Source: Heteronotia binoei (taxonomy: Eukaryota). Taken from it: a stretch of 64,000 bases of DNA. The translations under genes were made by a program, and so were the position numbers. The stretch lies in the NCBI RefSeq assembly GCF_032191835.1, contig NC_083223.1, positions 250,232,001 through 250,296,000 on the forward strand, written 5' to 3'. Positions 55,301 to 64,000 of this stretch are shown here, piece by piece (within the stretch, counting starts at the first letter, position 1; each line of letters begins with the position of its first letter). The notes under the pieces were generated by a model. It made no database searches and was not told the origin of the DNA. It saw nothing but the letters and a program-made list of their open reading frames with translations.

Positions 55301-58300
55301 ATAACCCCTCATGGAGAAGACAGGTTAGCATGGTTGCCAACAGTCCTGGAGGAAAATATCCTGTCCTTTTAGTAAAGGTGATGTTATTTATCAGGTGGTA
55401 TTATTTTTCCTCCATGCTGTAAAAAAAAACTTCAGCTGCCCATTTTTATACATTAAGCCTCTTAAAGAGACAGATTTTTTTTCTTGAGGCCCCTTGATAA
55501 CTGTACTAACAGTTAGTTGAGTCTGATTCTAACATTAATTGGAACTCACACATCCCCTGGAAGACAGAATGCCTAAGTAGAGGAAGTGGTGGACAGTCCT
55601 TGCTTTAATATAGCCAGAAATGAGTTTTGGATGTTGAACATGGCATTGAATCAGTAGAAGCCACAAAGAGGGGTAGAAACAGGAATGACAGACTGTGCTT
55701 TGTTCCCCACCCAGAGCGAAAAGCTGTTGCTGTATGACACCCTTCAGGAGCGCCTGTTGGAACGGATCCAGCGCTTGGAAGATGACAGGAACAGCGTGGG
55801 CCTCACCTCAGGTCAGTAAGAGTGCCCTTTTTATTCATGCTAACACACACAATCCCCTGTGGTTGCTGTTGCCCTTGTAAATCCTGGGCTGCCTTTTGAC
55901 CCCCCCCCCCCCCGCAATCTCTTGGCTCTGGGATTCAGAGGTGCTAATTCTATGAATCCCAGAGCCAGGAGGCAATATCGAGAGAGGTCTCGGCTTCTGT
56001 GCCCTGTTGATGGCCCTCCAGAGGACCTGGTTGGCTGCTGTATAAGACAGGATGCTGAACTAGGTGGATGATTGATCCAGTGGTAAGGAGATTCTTATGT
56101 TCTTATTGTCCCCCCATTCAGACCAATTTGGACTAAAAGTAAGAAGAACTATTCCTTGTTTCTCAGGAGAGGCAGCTAGGAAATCAGATGTTCTTTATCA
56201 ATAGACAGCATCTTTCCAAAGGAGTCACTCAAGTGTATCTACTGAACTGTCACAACTTCCCTCAAAGAATCTTGGGAATTAAATTGGGATGCTCAATTGT
56301 ACATATCAAATTTGCTTTCTGTCAGTGTTGTGTGATATAGTGCTTGGAGTGGGACTGGGGAGACATTGGTTCAAATTCCTGCTCAGCAATGGAGGAAGGA
56401 AAGGATGGGATAAAATAATGTGATTATTAAATTTAACCAATAGGAAGGGCAACTATTAAAAAAGTAGGATCCAGTGACCTTTTTAAGTGCTGGGAAGGTT
56501 ACAACTGAACACAATACTCTATGGCAGGGGTGGCCAACGGTAGCTCTCCAGATGTTTTGCCTACAACTCCCATCAGCCCCAGCCAGCATGGCCAATGACT
56601 GCGGCTGATGGGAGTTGTAGGCAAAAAACATCTGGAGAGCTACCGTTGGCCACCCCTGCTCTATGGTGAGGACAATACTTTAGGTGAGACCTAGACCTAT
56701 GAAGAAAGGTTGAAGGAGCTGGGTATGTTTAACCTGGAGAGGAGATAACTGAGAGGTGATATAATCACCATCTTCAAGCACTTGAAGGGCTGTCATGTTG
56801 AGGATGGTGCAGAATTGTTTTCTGTTACCCCAGAAGGTTGGACCAGAGCCAGTGAATTGAAATTAAATCAAAAGAGTTTTCAACTAAACATCAGGAAGAA
56901 CTTCCTGACCTGACAGTTAGAGCAGTTCCTCAGTGGAGCAGGCTTCCTTGTGAGGTGATGGACTCTCCTTCTTTGGAGGTTTTTAAGCAGAGGCTAGATG
57001 GCCATCTGACAGCAATGCTGATTCTGTGAGTTAGGCAGATCATGAGAAGGGAAGGAAGGGCTGCATCGGTGCTTAGTTCTCAAGGCCCTTTCTTACATGT
57101 CCAGAGAAATGCTGACTGCCTCTTTGGGGTCAGTCAGCAATTTTTCTCCAGGCCAGTTTGGCAAGGGATACTGGAGGCTTTTTTTTTTTGCTATCTTCTG
57201 GACATGGAGCAGGGGTCAGTGGGAATGTATTTGTATGGGGAAAGTATTTGTGAATCTCCTGCATTGTGCAGGGTGTTGGGCTAGATGACCCTGAAGGCCC
57301 CTTCCAGCTCTATGATTTTATGATTTTAACCTGATGGGCACCAAAGTTCTCATATGGTGGTTAAGTATTCATTTACAGTGGGAGGAGGTGGCAGATAATG
57401 GTTTAGTAAAATCAGGACATTACTCAGCTGTGTAATTCCTTGCAACCCTCAGCTGATTCGTCTACATAGAGGCTGGTGGAAGATTCCACATCTCTTTAAA
57501 GTTTTGTTTTAAATATCTTCATAGCGCACTCTGTGTTGTTCTGTGCAGAAAGCCACCAGGTGTGGGAGGCTTTTTTAAATACATTCACACAGTAAACACA
57601 GGAATAATCATTTTCCATTCAACCTTGACTCTATTTTATCAGCCAAAAAAGCCAAGAAATCTGCATACCAGATAATACAAAGGTATTATTCATAGTGAAT
57701 TACCTCATTTAAAAAAATGTTCACAGCTCAGTTGCAACTTTTCTCTTGTGCTGCAACTGTGTAATTAAAATGTTCAATTAAAAGTTAACAAAAGAATCCT
57801 GGGAATTGTTATTTCATATGGGTAACAAGGATTCTCTATTGGAGATTCAAAGCTTCCCTTACAAAAGTCCAGTTAACAGAATTCCCAGGCAGATAGGAAT
57901 AACTGTTCAAATTCTGGAGCTCTTAGTCCCTTTTGATGGTGTCTCCTGCTCTTCTCTTCTCCCCCCCCCCCACCATTAATGCTTTCTTCTCTGATTTTTT
58001 TCTTGTAGAATGGTGGGATGACAAACTTCGGCCAAAGCACAGTGCGAAGGAATGGGACCCTCTCCGGCCTGGCAAGAGGAAGAAGCCACCATTGGTATCA
58101 GATATCCTTTTGTACCTCCAGTCCCAAAGATGGTTTTTGAGTTGAGAGCAGTCGTTGACGGTTGCTGTTCCTGATCAGGTGGGGCAGAGGGCTCGGGCAA
58201 CTTCCGTGTTTGTTTGGAAGAGGGAATTTCAGCATGAGAGAAGCTGCGCTGGCCAGAAGACTGACCACAGTTTGGGATGTGGGGGGAATGCAGTTGTTGT

Positions 58301-61300
58301 TTTCATGGCAACATGTGCAGTAGCAGTAGCACATCCTTAACCCACCTTTCCAACGCCCCTACATTGTCTACATGTTGCGTGATATTGACATCATGGAGGA
58401 CTGGACAGCCATCAAAAAGGTGAGCTGGAAAAGGTGGGACCTCTGTAGCACTGGGGGGGTAGGACTTTGAACTTCTCTCAGTGGAGGGAGGCCCTCTGAT
58501 CTACATTCTTTTCTTTCCAAGGGAGACTACTATGTTATGAAATGCAGCATGGGGCAGGGTCAGTGCTCAGTGGTAGAACATCCAGTTTTGTGTATGGAAG
58601 CCCCCAGGTTCAGTGCTTGGATTCTCCAGTAAAAAAGTATCAGGTGGTAGGTCCTGCAAAAGACCTCTGCTCGAAACCCTGGAGAGCCGCTGCCAATCAG
58701 AGTAGACAATACTGATCATGGTAGACTAGTGGTCTGATTGAATAGAAAGCAGCTGCATGTGTGTTCTTGTGTGTGGTTGGGAAATTGCCTGGAAAAATCC
58801 AGGCCAGCTGTGTTTAATTCTGAAAGGGGAGACTTCCTAGACTGGTAAGGATTCATTAAAGGAAACTTTATAGTGCAGTTCAAGGAGCAGATCCCCTTGT
58901 GGAGTTTGAAAAGCCTCTTTTTAAAAATGATTATAATATATAACGCAACGGTAAGGATTCTGGTATATATAACATAATAACAACAAGGATATGAGTTGTT
59001 TGTTTCAGGCATAACTCTGTAATTATGATGTACTTCCATGTGGGATTGGCTTGAGTTGTTATCTACATATTGCAAATCAGGATTCCTGTTGGGAGAGACC
59101 CAGCGCCCCCTAGTGAATTTGGGGCTGAGACGGGATTCAGATGGGGGATTCCCAGTTTCTTAGCTACCCTTTGATGCTCTGATCTTAATATATTCCATCC
59201 CCAGTGCTAGCAGAAGGGGACTGAAGTCTGGGTTTCCTCGCCCTTCCTCTTGATCTGACTCAGAGTGGGTCTCTGCCTTGGAGCAGAGAACCGTAGCCAA
59301 GGGTCTTCTCACTGCCTCGTTCTTCCTTCTCAGGCTAAATCCGCAGTGTCCCCTCCGAAGAGGAAGATAGAAGGCAAGTGCTTTGTTCTTTGGGTGCGAG
59401 GAGCATTGGTGCATAGGGGGAATGTATGGTAGTCTTTCTTTTCCTGCAGTCCATGCAGCAGTGTGTCTGGAAGAATATGTTGCTAACCAAAACAGTGATC
59501 CAGTTGCAGCCATCCTTTCCCGGGTCCCCAGGGCTGGTATGTGCTCAGAGTGGTTTATCTTTGCATCAAATGCAGTGTTCCTTAAGGTCTTGGATTTCAT
59601 TTTTTTTAACTGCAAGCTTCAAGTCCTGGTTACAAAGGTGAACTTGGGAAAGTGTCTGTTGAGTTCTGAGATGCCCAGGGGTGGGTGGGAAGTTGCTTTG
59701 TAGCCCTATGTAGCTTTTCATCCTATGTACCCCAGATCTTCCTTTCGCCCTTTGCTCTTGCCACTCCCCTCTTCACAAAAAGTGCCCAGTTATTTAGAAT
59801 CATAGAATCACAGAGTTGGAAGGGGCCATACAGGCCATCTTGTCCAATCCCCTGCTCAGTGAAGGCTCAGCCTAAAGCATCCCTGACAAGTGTCCATCCA
59901 GCCGCTGATTAAAGACTGCCAGTGAGTGAGGGAGCTGATTCCACTGCTGAACAAAAAAGTTTACTGTAAAAAAAGTTTTTCCTAATATTAATATAATTTT
60001 GAACATAACAGTTTGTGGAAACTAAGTAAATTTATGCACAAGAAAGCAAGGCTAAGGTCCTTAATTTTCCGTGGTATGCAGAAGGTGGGGAGGGTATACA
60101 CAGCACACACCAACTTAAGCACCATGCTACCTAAAAGCCATCCTTTCCTCTCTTCCCCGGCCCCAGCCCCAGTTCTGAATTGCAAATTATTTCTGGAATC
60201 CATTAGCCAGGTAGATGGATTCCTGGAGTAATGGATTCCAAAGAATTGTATGTTTGTCTTGGCAGAAACAAAAAAGGGGGTCTGGTGTCATGTAGAAGAC
60301 TATTGTGGCAGACATTTTCATGGAATAGATGCAGGAAGCGCTGACGCCAGATATAAGCAGTGTTATCCTCAGCTGACATATGTGGGCAAACAGAGAAAGA
60401 ATCGTAAACAGTGGGCAAGAGGTCCTGCCTGTCTTGTTTTTATGCAGTGTTCAAATGTATACAAGACAGAACAGCATCCCCATTCATGACACAATTGGCG
60501 ATCACGCTCTTGCTTTGCTAGGTTAATTTCAAACAGGTAATAGAAAAGAACAAGTTCAACAAACAGGATCATGCTTGCCAATACATTCTCATTCAGCAAT
60601 TCTGCGCAACTAACATTTATCAGCAAGGTTGCTTTTGTTCATTCAGGACTTGGTGCTATTAGTCATGAGTCTGCAGATAGAAGAGCAAACTTCTTCTGTA
60701 ACATGTAGTGCCTTAAACCACTGTGGCCTTTCTCTGAGAAAGGCCACAGTTTACGCATGGGTTACTTACATTGAGGTTGGACTACTGCCATGCACTTTTT
60801 ATGGGGCAACCTTTGAAGACCATCCATAGATTTCATATGGTTCAAAACTTAAATTGGCTACAGGTTTTGCATTTCAATTTAAATCAGAGTTTTGCTTCTC
60901 GATTTAAATCAGAGTTTAAGCTTTTAAAAACCTCACACTGTGTCAAACAAGTAGGGGCCATCTTACTCCCACCTTCTGCAGAGGGCCTACTCTATGTGTC
61001 CTTACTGTCTGTGGCAATTTTTGAAGTCTGAGTGCAAAGTGAGAACCAGAGACAGGGTCTTCCAGGTACCACTGGACTCAAACTTTGTTCTACTGCTTCA
61101 GACTAACATGGATACCCCACCTGAATCTATCTTTTCTGTTGTGGCACTCAGACATCAAAAATTGCTCCCTACAGCAGTTTGCCTAATGGAGAACCAATTT
61201 GGTGTAGTGGTTAAGAACACACTCTAATCTGGGAGAACCAGGTTTGATTCCCCAGTCCTCCCGATGCAGCCAGCAGGGTGACCTTGAGCAAGCCACAGTT

Positions 61301-63053
61301 CTCTCAGAGCTGTTCTCTCAAGAGCAGTTTCTGTCAGAGCTTTCTCAGCCCCACCTGCCTCACAGGGGGAGGGGAGGGGAAGGGAAAGGAGATTGTAAGC
61401 TACTCTGAGATTCCAAGTGAAGGGAATGTTATAAATTCAATCTCTTCTTCTTTAAATTACAATTTTCTTTCTTTTTTTTTTAGCACCAGGTTGAAATGTT
61501 TGCTTCCCTAGCTTTAAAAAAAAAGGCATCATCTTACATAATTTTTAATAGACTCTTCTGGCTCCTGTGATTCCTGGCATGATGCTGCTTCTGTGCTTTT
61601 TACAGTGCTGGATGCTTCTTTTATGAACTTGATTTATTCATAGACTTGATTTATTTGGGGGTTGCTAATTTTAAGCTGTTCTTGCACTGGCTTGTCAGTG
61701 CCGATCTCTTTATATGCTGTTTTAATCAAATACCTTTGTATGCTGCCTTCTGTGTGTTTCAGGAGAAGTTCAAGACTACTTGTTTTAAATGACTTCTGTA
61801 ATCAGCCCATTTGTTCCTCAACAAAGTGGGCTCTAGTCCCTGAAAGTTTCCATCCCCATGAATCTGTTGGCTGTTAATTGCAGAAGGGTAGCTGTGTTAG
61901 ACCATTGCAGCAAGGTTAAACAGGTGTCCAAGTGGCACCTTAACAAATAACAAAATTGATTGCAGTGTGGACTGTCTTGAGTCAAGACTCACTTCAACAG
62001 ATGCAATAAAAGCTTATGCTGGACTAGATGCTGTTAGTCTTCAAGGTGCTGCTGGACTCATGTTTAATTTTCTGGAGATTTGAAAGTTTCCGGGTTAAAA
62101 TGGATAAAAGGAAGTACTTCTTCATCCAAAGGGTGATTAACACATGGAATTCACTGCCACAGGAGGTGGTGGCAGCTACAAGCATAGCCAGCTTCAAGAG
62201 GGGATTGGATAAAAATATGGAGCAGAGGTCTGTCAGTGGCTATTAGCCACAGGGTATATATGGAACTCTCTGTCTGGGGCAGTGATGCTCTGTATTCTTG
62301 GTGCTTGGGGGGAGCAACAGTGGGAGGGCTTCTAGTATCTTGGCCCCACTGATGGACCTCCTGATAGCACCTGAGCTTTTTGGCTACTGTGTGACAAAGT
62401 GTTGGACTGCATGGGTCATTGGCCTGATCCAGCATGGCTGCTCTTATGTTCTTAGATGCCACAAGTCTCCTTGTTGTGTTCACACTGACAACTGGCACTT
62501 CCCACTAGATAAAGCCTCCTTGTGACATCCAAATGCTTCACATCTGTAATGAGAGGAAGTACATCAGCTCTCCCCTAAACGCACAGAATCAAGCTTATCA
62601 GTCAGTCAATTTTATTTGCATTAGCACATACTGCCATAGCATCCAACAACCAGATTCAACGATAAAACAAAAGGAACAAGGAGAAAAAGGAAATAGAATA
62701 CCTCGTGCCTTAATACAATAAGATACACTAAAACCCAATTTTAAAAAGCTTATCTTGCTTGTCATATTCAGGCAGCAGACGGCCTGTCGCATCCTCTCCT
62801 GTTCTTTCCTTCCCACTGCACCCGGTCCCCCATGCCTTAGCAACTACAGCTGCCTTCTCCTCCCACCATCTTAGCAGCTTCAATTTCTGCTTTTCCTCTC
62901 CTTCCCTTCCCCAGGCTCGGTGAAGGCGGAGAAGCTGCCATCCCCAGCCCTGTTCTCGGCTCACTGTGAAGACGGCCACCTCCACTACGAAGGCGAGGTC
63001 TACGTCAAAGGGCAGAGCATCTCCTTGCAGGTTGGGGAGGAGGCACCCGTCCA
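46255..63053 (+). CDS. BRMS1: Breast cancer metastasis suppressor 1 (Sin3/HDAC subunit), 3' partial, at least 286 aa
   Basis: Exons 46255-46381, 47824-47914, 50205-50332, 50606-50685, 55715-55811, 58009-58101, 58355-58419, 59334-59373 and 62915-63053 splice in frame. [16 protein letters not shown]-terminus, [38 protein letters not shown]; syntenic with B4GAT1. Confidence 0.95.
46664..46962 (+). mobile_element. Sauria SINE (Squam1-type)
   Basis: AAGGTTGACTCAGCCTTCCATCCTTCCGAGGTCGGTAAAATGAG core, GGCAATGGCAAACCAC RTE-like tail; imperfect TSD TGTCATACCTTA / TGTCATATCTAA. Confidence 0.8.
47824..47914 (+). CDS. BRMS1: BRMS1 exon
   Basis: tgtag|AG ATG GAT..GAA AA|gtgagt, 91 nt, [17 protein letters not shown]. 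Confidence 0.95.
48098..48591. mobile_element. hAT-type MITE
   Basis: TIR CAGGGGTGTCAAAC / GTTTGACACCCCTG; TSD ATTTATAC / ATTTGTAC. Confidence 0.85.
49795..49833. repeat. (CT)/(CA) compound microsatellite
   Basis: tctgtctgtctgtctctctctctcactcacactcacaca read directly. Confidence 0.8.
50205..50332 (+). CDS. BRMS1: BRMS1 exon
   Basis: gcag|G CTT TTC..GCT G|gtgag, 128 nt, [16 protein letters not shown]. Confidence 0.95.
50606..50685 (+). CDS. BRMS1: BRMS1 exon
   Basis: catag|GG ATC TAC..GAG|gtgggg, 80 nt, [26 protein letters not shown]. Confidence 0.95.
52470..54657 (+). mobile_element. L2-clade LINE, 5'-truncated, with internal deletion
   Basis: Endonuclease C-terminus ([18 protein letters not shown]); RT ORF 52831-54489 ([43 protein letters not shown]); 3' tail GGGCGGGATATAAAT plus AAATA-type repeats. 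Confidence 0.9.
54931..55309. repeat. 75-bp direct repeat (54931-55005 and 55235-55309), MITE right-end-like
   Basis: TGTGAGCTGGAGGCTAAAAATCTGTGAGCTAGCTCATGCTAACTCAGCTTAGAGGGAA..TTATAACCCCT occurs twice, 304 nt apart. Confidence 0.85.
55715..55811 (+). CDS. BRMS1: BRMS1 exon
   Basis: ccag|AGC GAA..TCA G|gtcagt, 97 nt, [25 protein letters not shown]. Confidence 0.95.
56525..56658. mobile_element. Short palindromic hAT-type MITE
   Basis: CAGGGGTGGCCAACGGTAGCTCTCCAGATG arms; 8-bp TSD CTCTATGG on both sides. Confidence 0.9.
56695..57327 (+). mobile_element. CR1 LINE 3' fragment
   Basis: Degraded [23 protein letters not shown] end, 3' UTR, CTATGATTTTATGA tail. Confidence 0.8.
58009..58101 (+). 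CDS. BRMS1: BRMS1 exon upstream of the U12 intron
   Basis: tgtag|AA TGG TGG..TCA G|atatcctttt, 93 nt, [16 protein letters not shown]. Confidence 0.92.
58102..58354 (+). other. U12-type AT-AC intron of BRMS1
   Basis: 5' ATATCCTTTT, branch site TCCTTAAC at 58334-58341, 3' end CAAC; removal restores PLVSG|PYIVYML. Confidence 0.93.
58355..58419 (+). CDS. BRMS1: BRMS1 exon downstream of the U12 intron
   Basis: caac|GC CCC TAC..AAG|gtgag, 65 nt, [21 protein letters not shown]. Confidence 0.93.
59334..59373 (+). CDS. BRMS1: BRMS1 40-nt exon with a GC donor
   Basis: ctcag|GCT AAA..GAA G|gcaagt, [13 protein letters not shown]. Confidence 0.88.
60760..61120 (+). mobile_element. Old L2 fragment
   Basis: [25 protein letters not shown] resembles [20 protein letters not shown] of the 52831 ORF. 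Confidence 0.55.
61188..61455 (+). mobile_element. Squam3-like SINE
   Basis: Same family head and CORE as 5063. Confidence 0.75.
62089..62454 (+). mobile_element. CR1 LINE 3' fragment (same family as 18405)
   Basis: [37 protein letters not shown] shared with 19148-19304; CTTATGTTCTTA tail. Confidence 0.88.
62915..63053 (+). CDS. BRMS1: BRMS1 extra C-terminal exon (BRMS1L/SUDS3-like)
   Basis: Long polypyrimidine tract, ccag|GC TCG..GTC CA|gtgagt, 139 nt, [30 protein letters not shown]. Confidence 0.85.
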
Positions 63054-63702
63054 GTGAGTGCCCACGAAGGGGAGTTGCTGGCAAGGAAAGGGGAGGCTGG
63101 GCTAAATCAGCCACAAAGCCCCACTGGGTCTGAAGCTCCCTCCCCACGGAAAGAGAACTCCAAAGGGGTAGCCCTGTTAACCTGCTGAGTCCAGTAGCAC
63201 TCCAGACTAACAAGTACTTATTCCAGCATAAGCTTTCAGAGCTCATTTCATGAGATGCAATGGAGTGTACATTCCATAGCAGCTATATTCCTAATTAAAA
63301 TGACAACAAAAACCAGGGAGGGGGATGTTACAAGGAGAGGACAGTAATAAACAATTAAAAGATAATCAGCTTCCTGAGGGTAAGTGAGGACCCTGTCCAG
63401 CTGTTGGTTGGTAAGCAGAGCTGACTGACACAAAACCTAGTTACGGAAAGCACAGTGTGAGAAATGCTAAGTAGATTCAATAGTGGCAATACAGGGACCG
63501 TAAAAAGATGCTGTGGAGAATAGAAACTGGCAAAGGACACGTTTGCTGGGGCTGCTGTGCAGATCCCATTACTTTCAAAATGAGGCTGGCACAGGTACCA
63601 AAGTGAATGGAGCCAGCCCTGGCCAGATGCATCAATGTTTTAGAAAGTATATAGGCTTGTACTGCTCCGTTCATCCTTGACTGAGCCTTGAACTTGTGTC
63701 AT

Positions 63703-63950
63703 AAGAAAATAAGGTGACCCTGATGGATAAGACCAGTGGTCCATCTAGTCCAGCTTCCTGTCTCACACAGAGACCAATCAGTTCCTCTGGAGGGCCAACA
63801 ACAGGGCACAGAGGCTGTGGCCTTCCCCTGATGTTGCCTCCTGGCACTGGGATTCAGAGGCTGACTACCTCTGAATGTGGAGTTTCCCCTTTTCACAATG
63901 GCTTGTAGCCAGATAGCCTTATCCTCTGTGAATCTATCTCCTTTTATAGC
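63703..63950 (-). mobile_element. CR1 LINE 3' fragment
   Basis: Similar to 652-830 (GACCAGTGGTCCATCTAGTCCAGC..GGCCAACAACAGGGCA). Confidence 0.7.
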
Positions 63951-64000
63951 TGTCCATGCCTGCAGCTTGTGCCCTTTTGTACTAGCAGGCCACTGGTGTA

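Noticed and set aside
62728-63246. 172-aa minus-strand ORF
   Set aside because: Antisense shadow of the BRMS1 exon and its polypyrimidine tract; no recognisable domain.
63054-64000. Final BRMS1 coding exon
   Set aside because: No phase-2 exon resembling the BRMS1L end was found. It probably lies beyond the window.
1-64000. Remaining short ORFs (60-150 aa) in the ORF track
   Set aside because: They lack splice context and homology, and mostly fall in repeats or antisense to real exons, as expected by chance.

Overview
Vertebrate genomic DNA, most likely a gecko-type squamate. This is inferred from the SINE/LINE/MITE repertoire and not proven. The window holds the syntenic block SLC29A2 (ENT2; coding exons 2-12, exon 1 not found) - tRNA-Ser(GCT) - B4GAT1 (complete, 2 coding exons) - BRMS1 (non-coding exon 1 plus 9 coding exons, last exon not found). 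All protein genes are on +, and the tRNA is on -, head-to-head with B4GAT1. Two full-length but mutated DIRS1-type tyrosine-recombinase retrotransposons of different subfamilies are present: 11836-17652 in SLC29A2 intron 7 and 28640-34596 just past the SLC29A2 3' UTR. Each has inverted terminal repeats, an internal complementary region, and gag, RT/RNase H, methyltransferase-like and recombinase remnants. The rest is CR1 and L2 LINE fragments, several SINE families and hAT-type MITEs. The most notable observations are: a U12-type AT-AC intron and a GC-AG intron in BRMS1; an extra BRMS1L/SUDS3-like C-terminal exon that the canonical human BRMS1 lacks; a consensus splice donor at both DIRS right termini, one of them 246 nt upstream of SLC29A2 exon 8; and the tRNA-Ser/B4GAT1 divergent pair. 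I found no clearly new biological system. All homology calls come from reading the sequence and recalled protein sequences, not from database searches.
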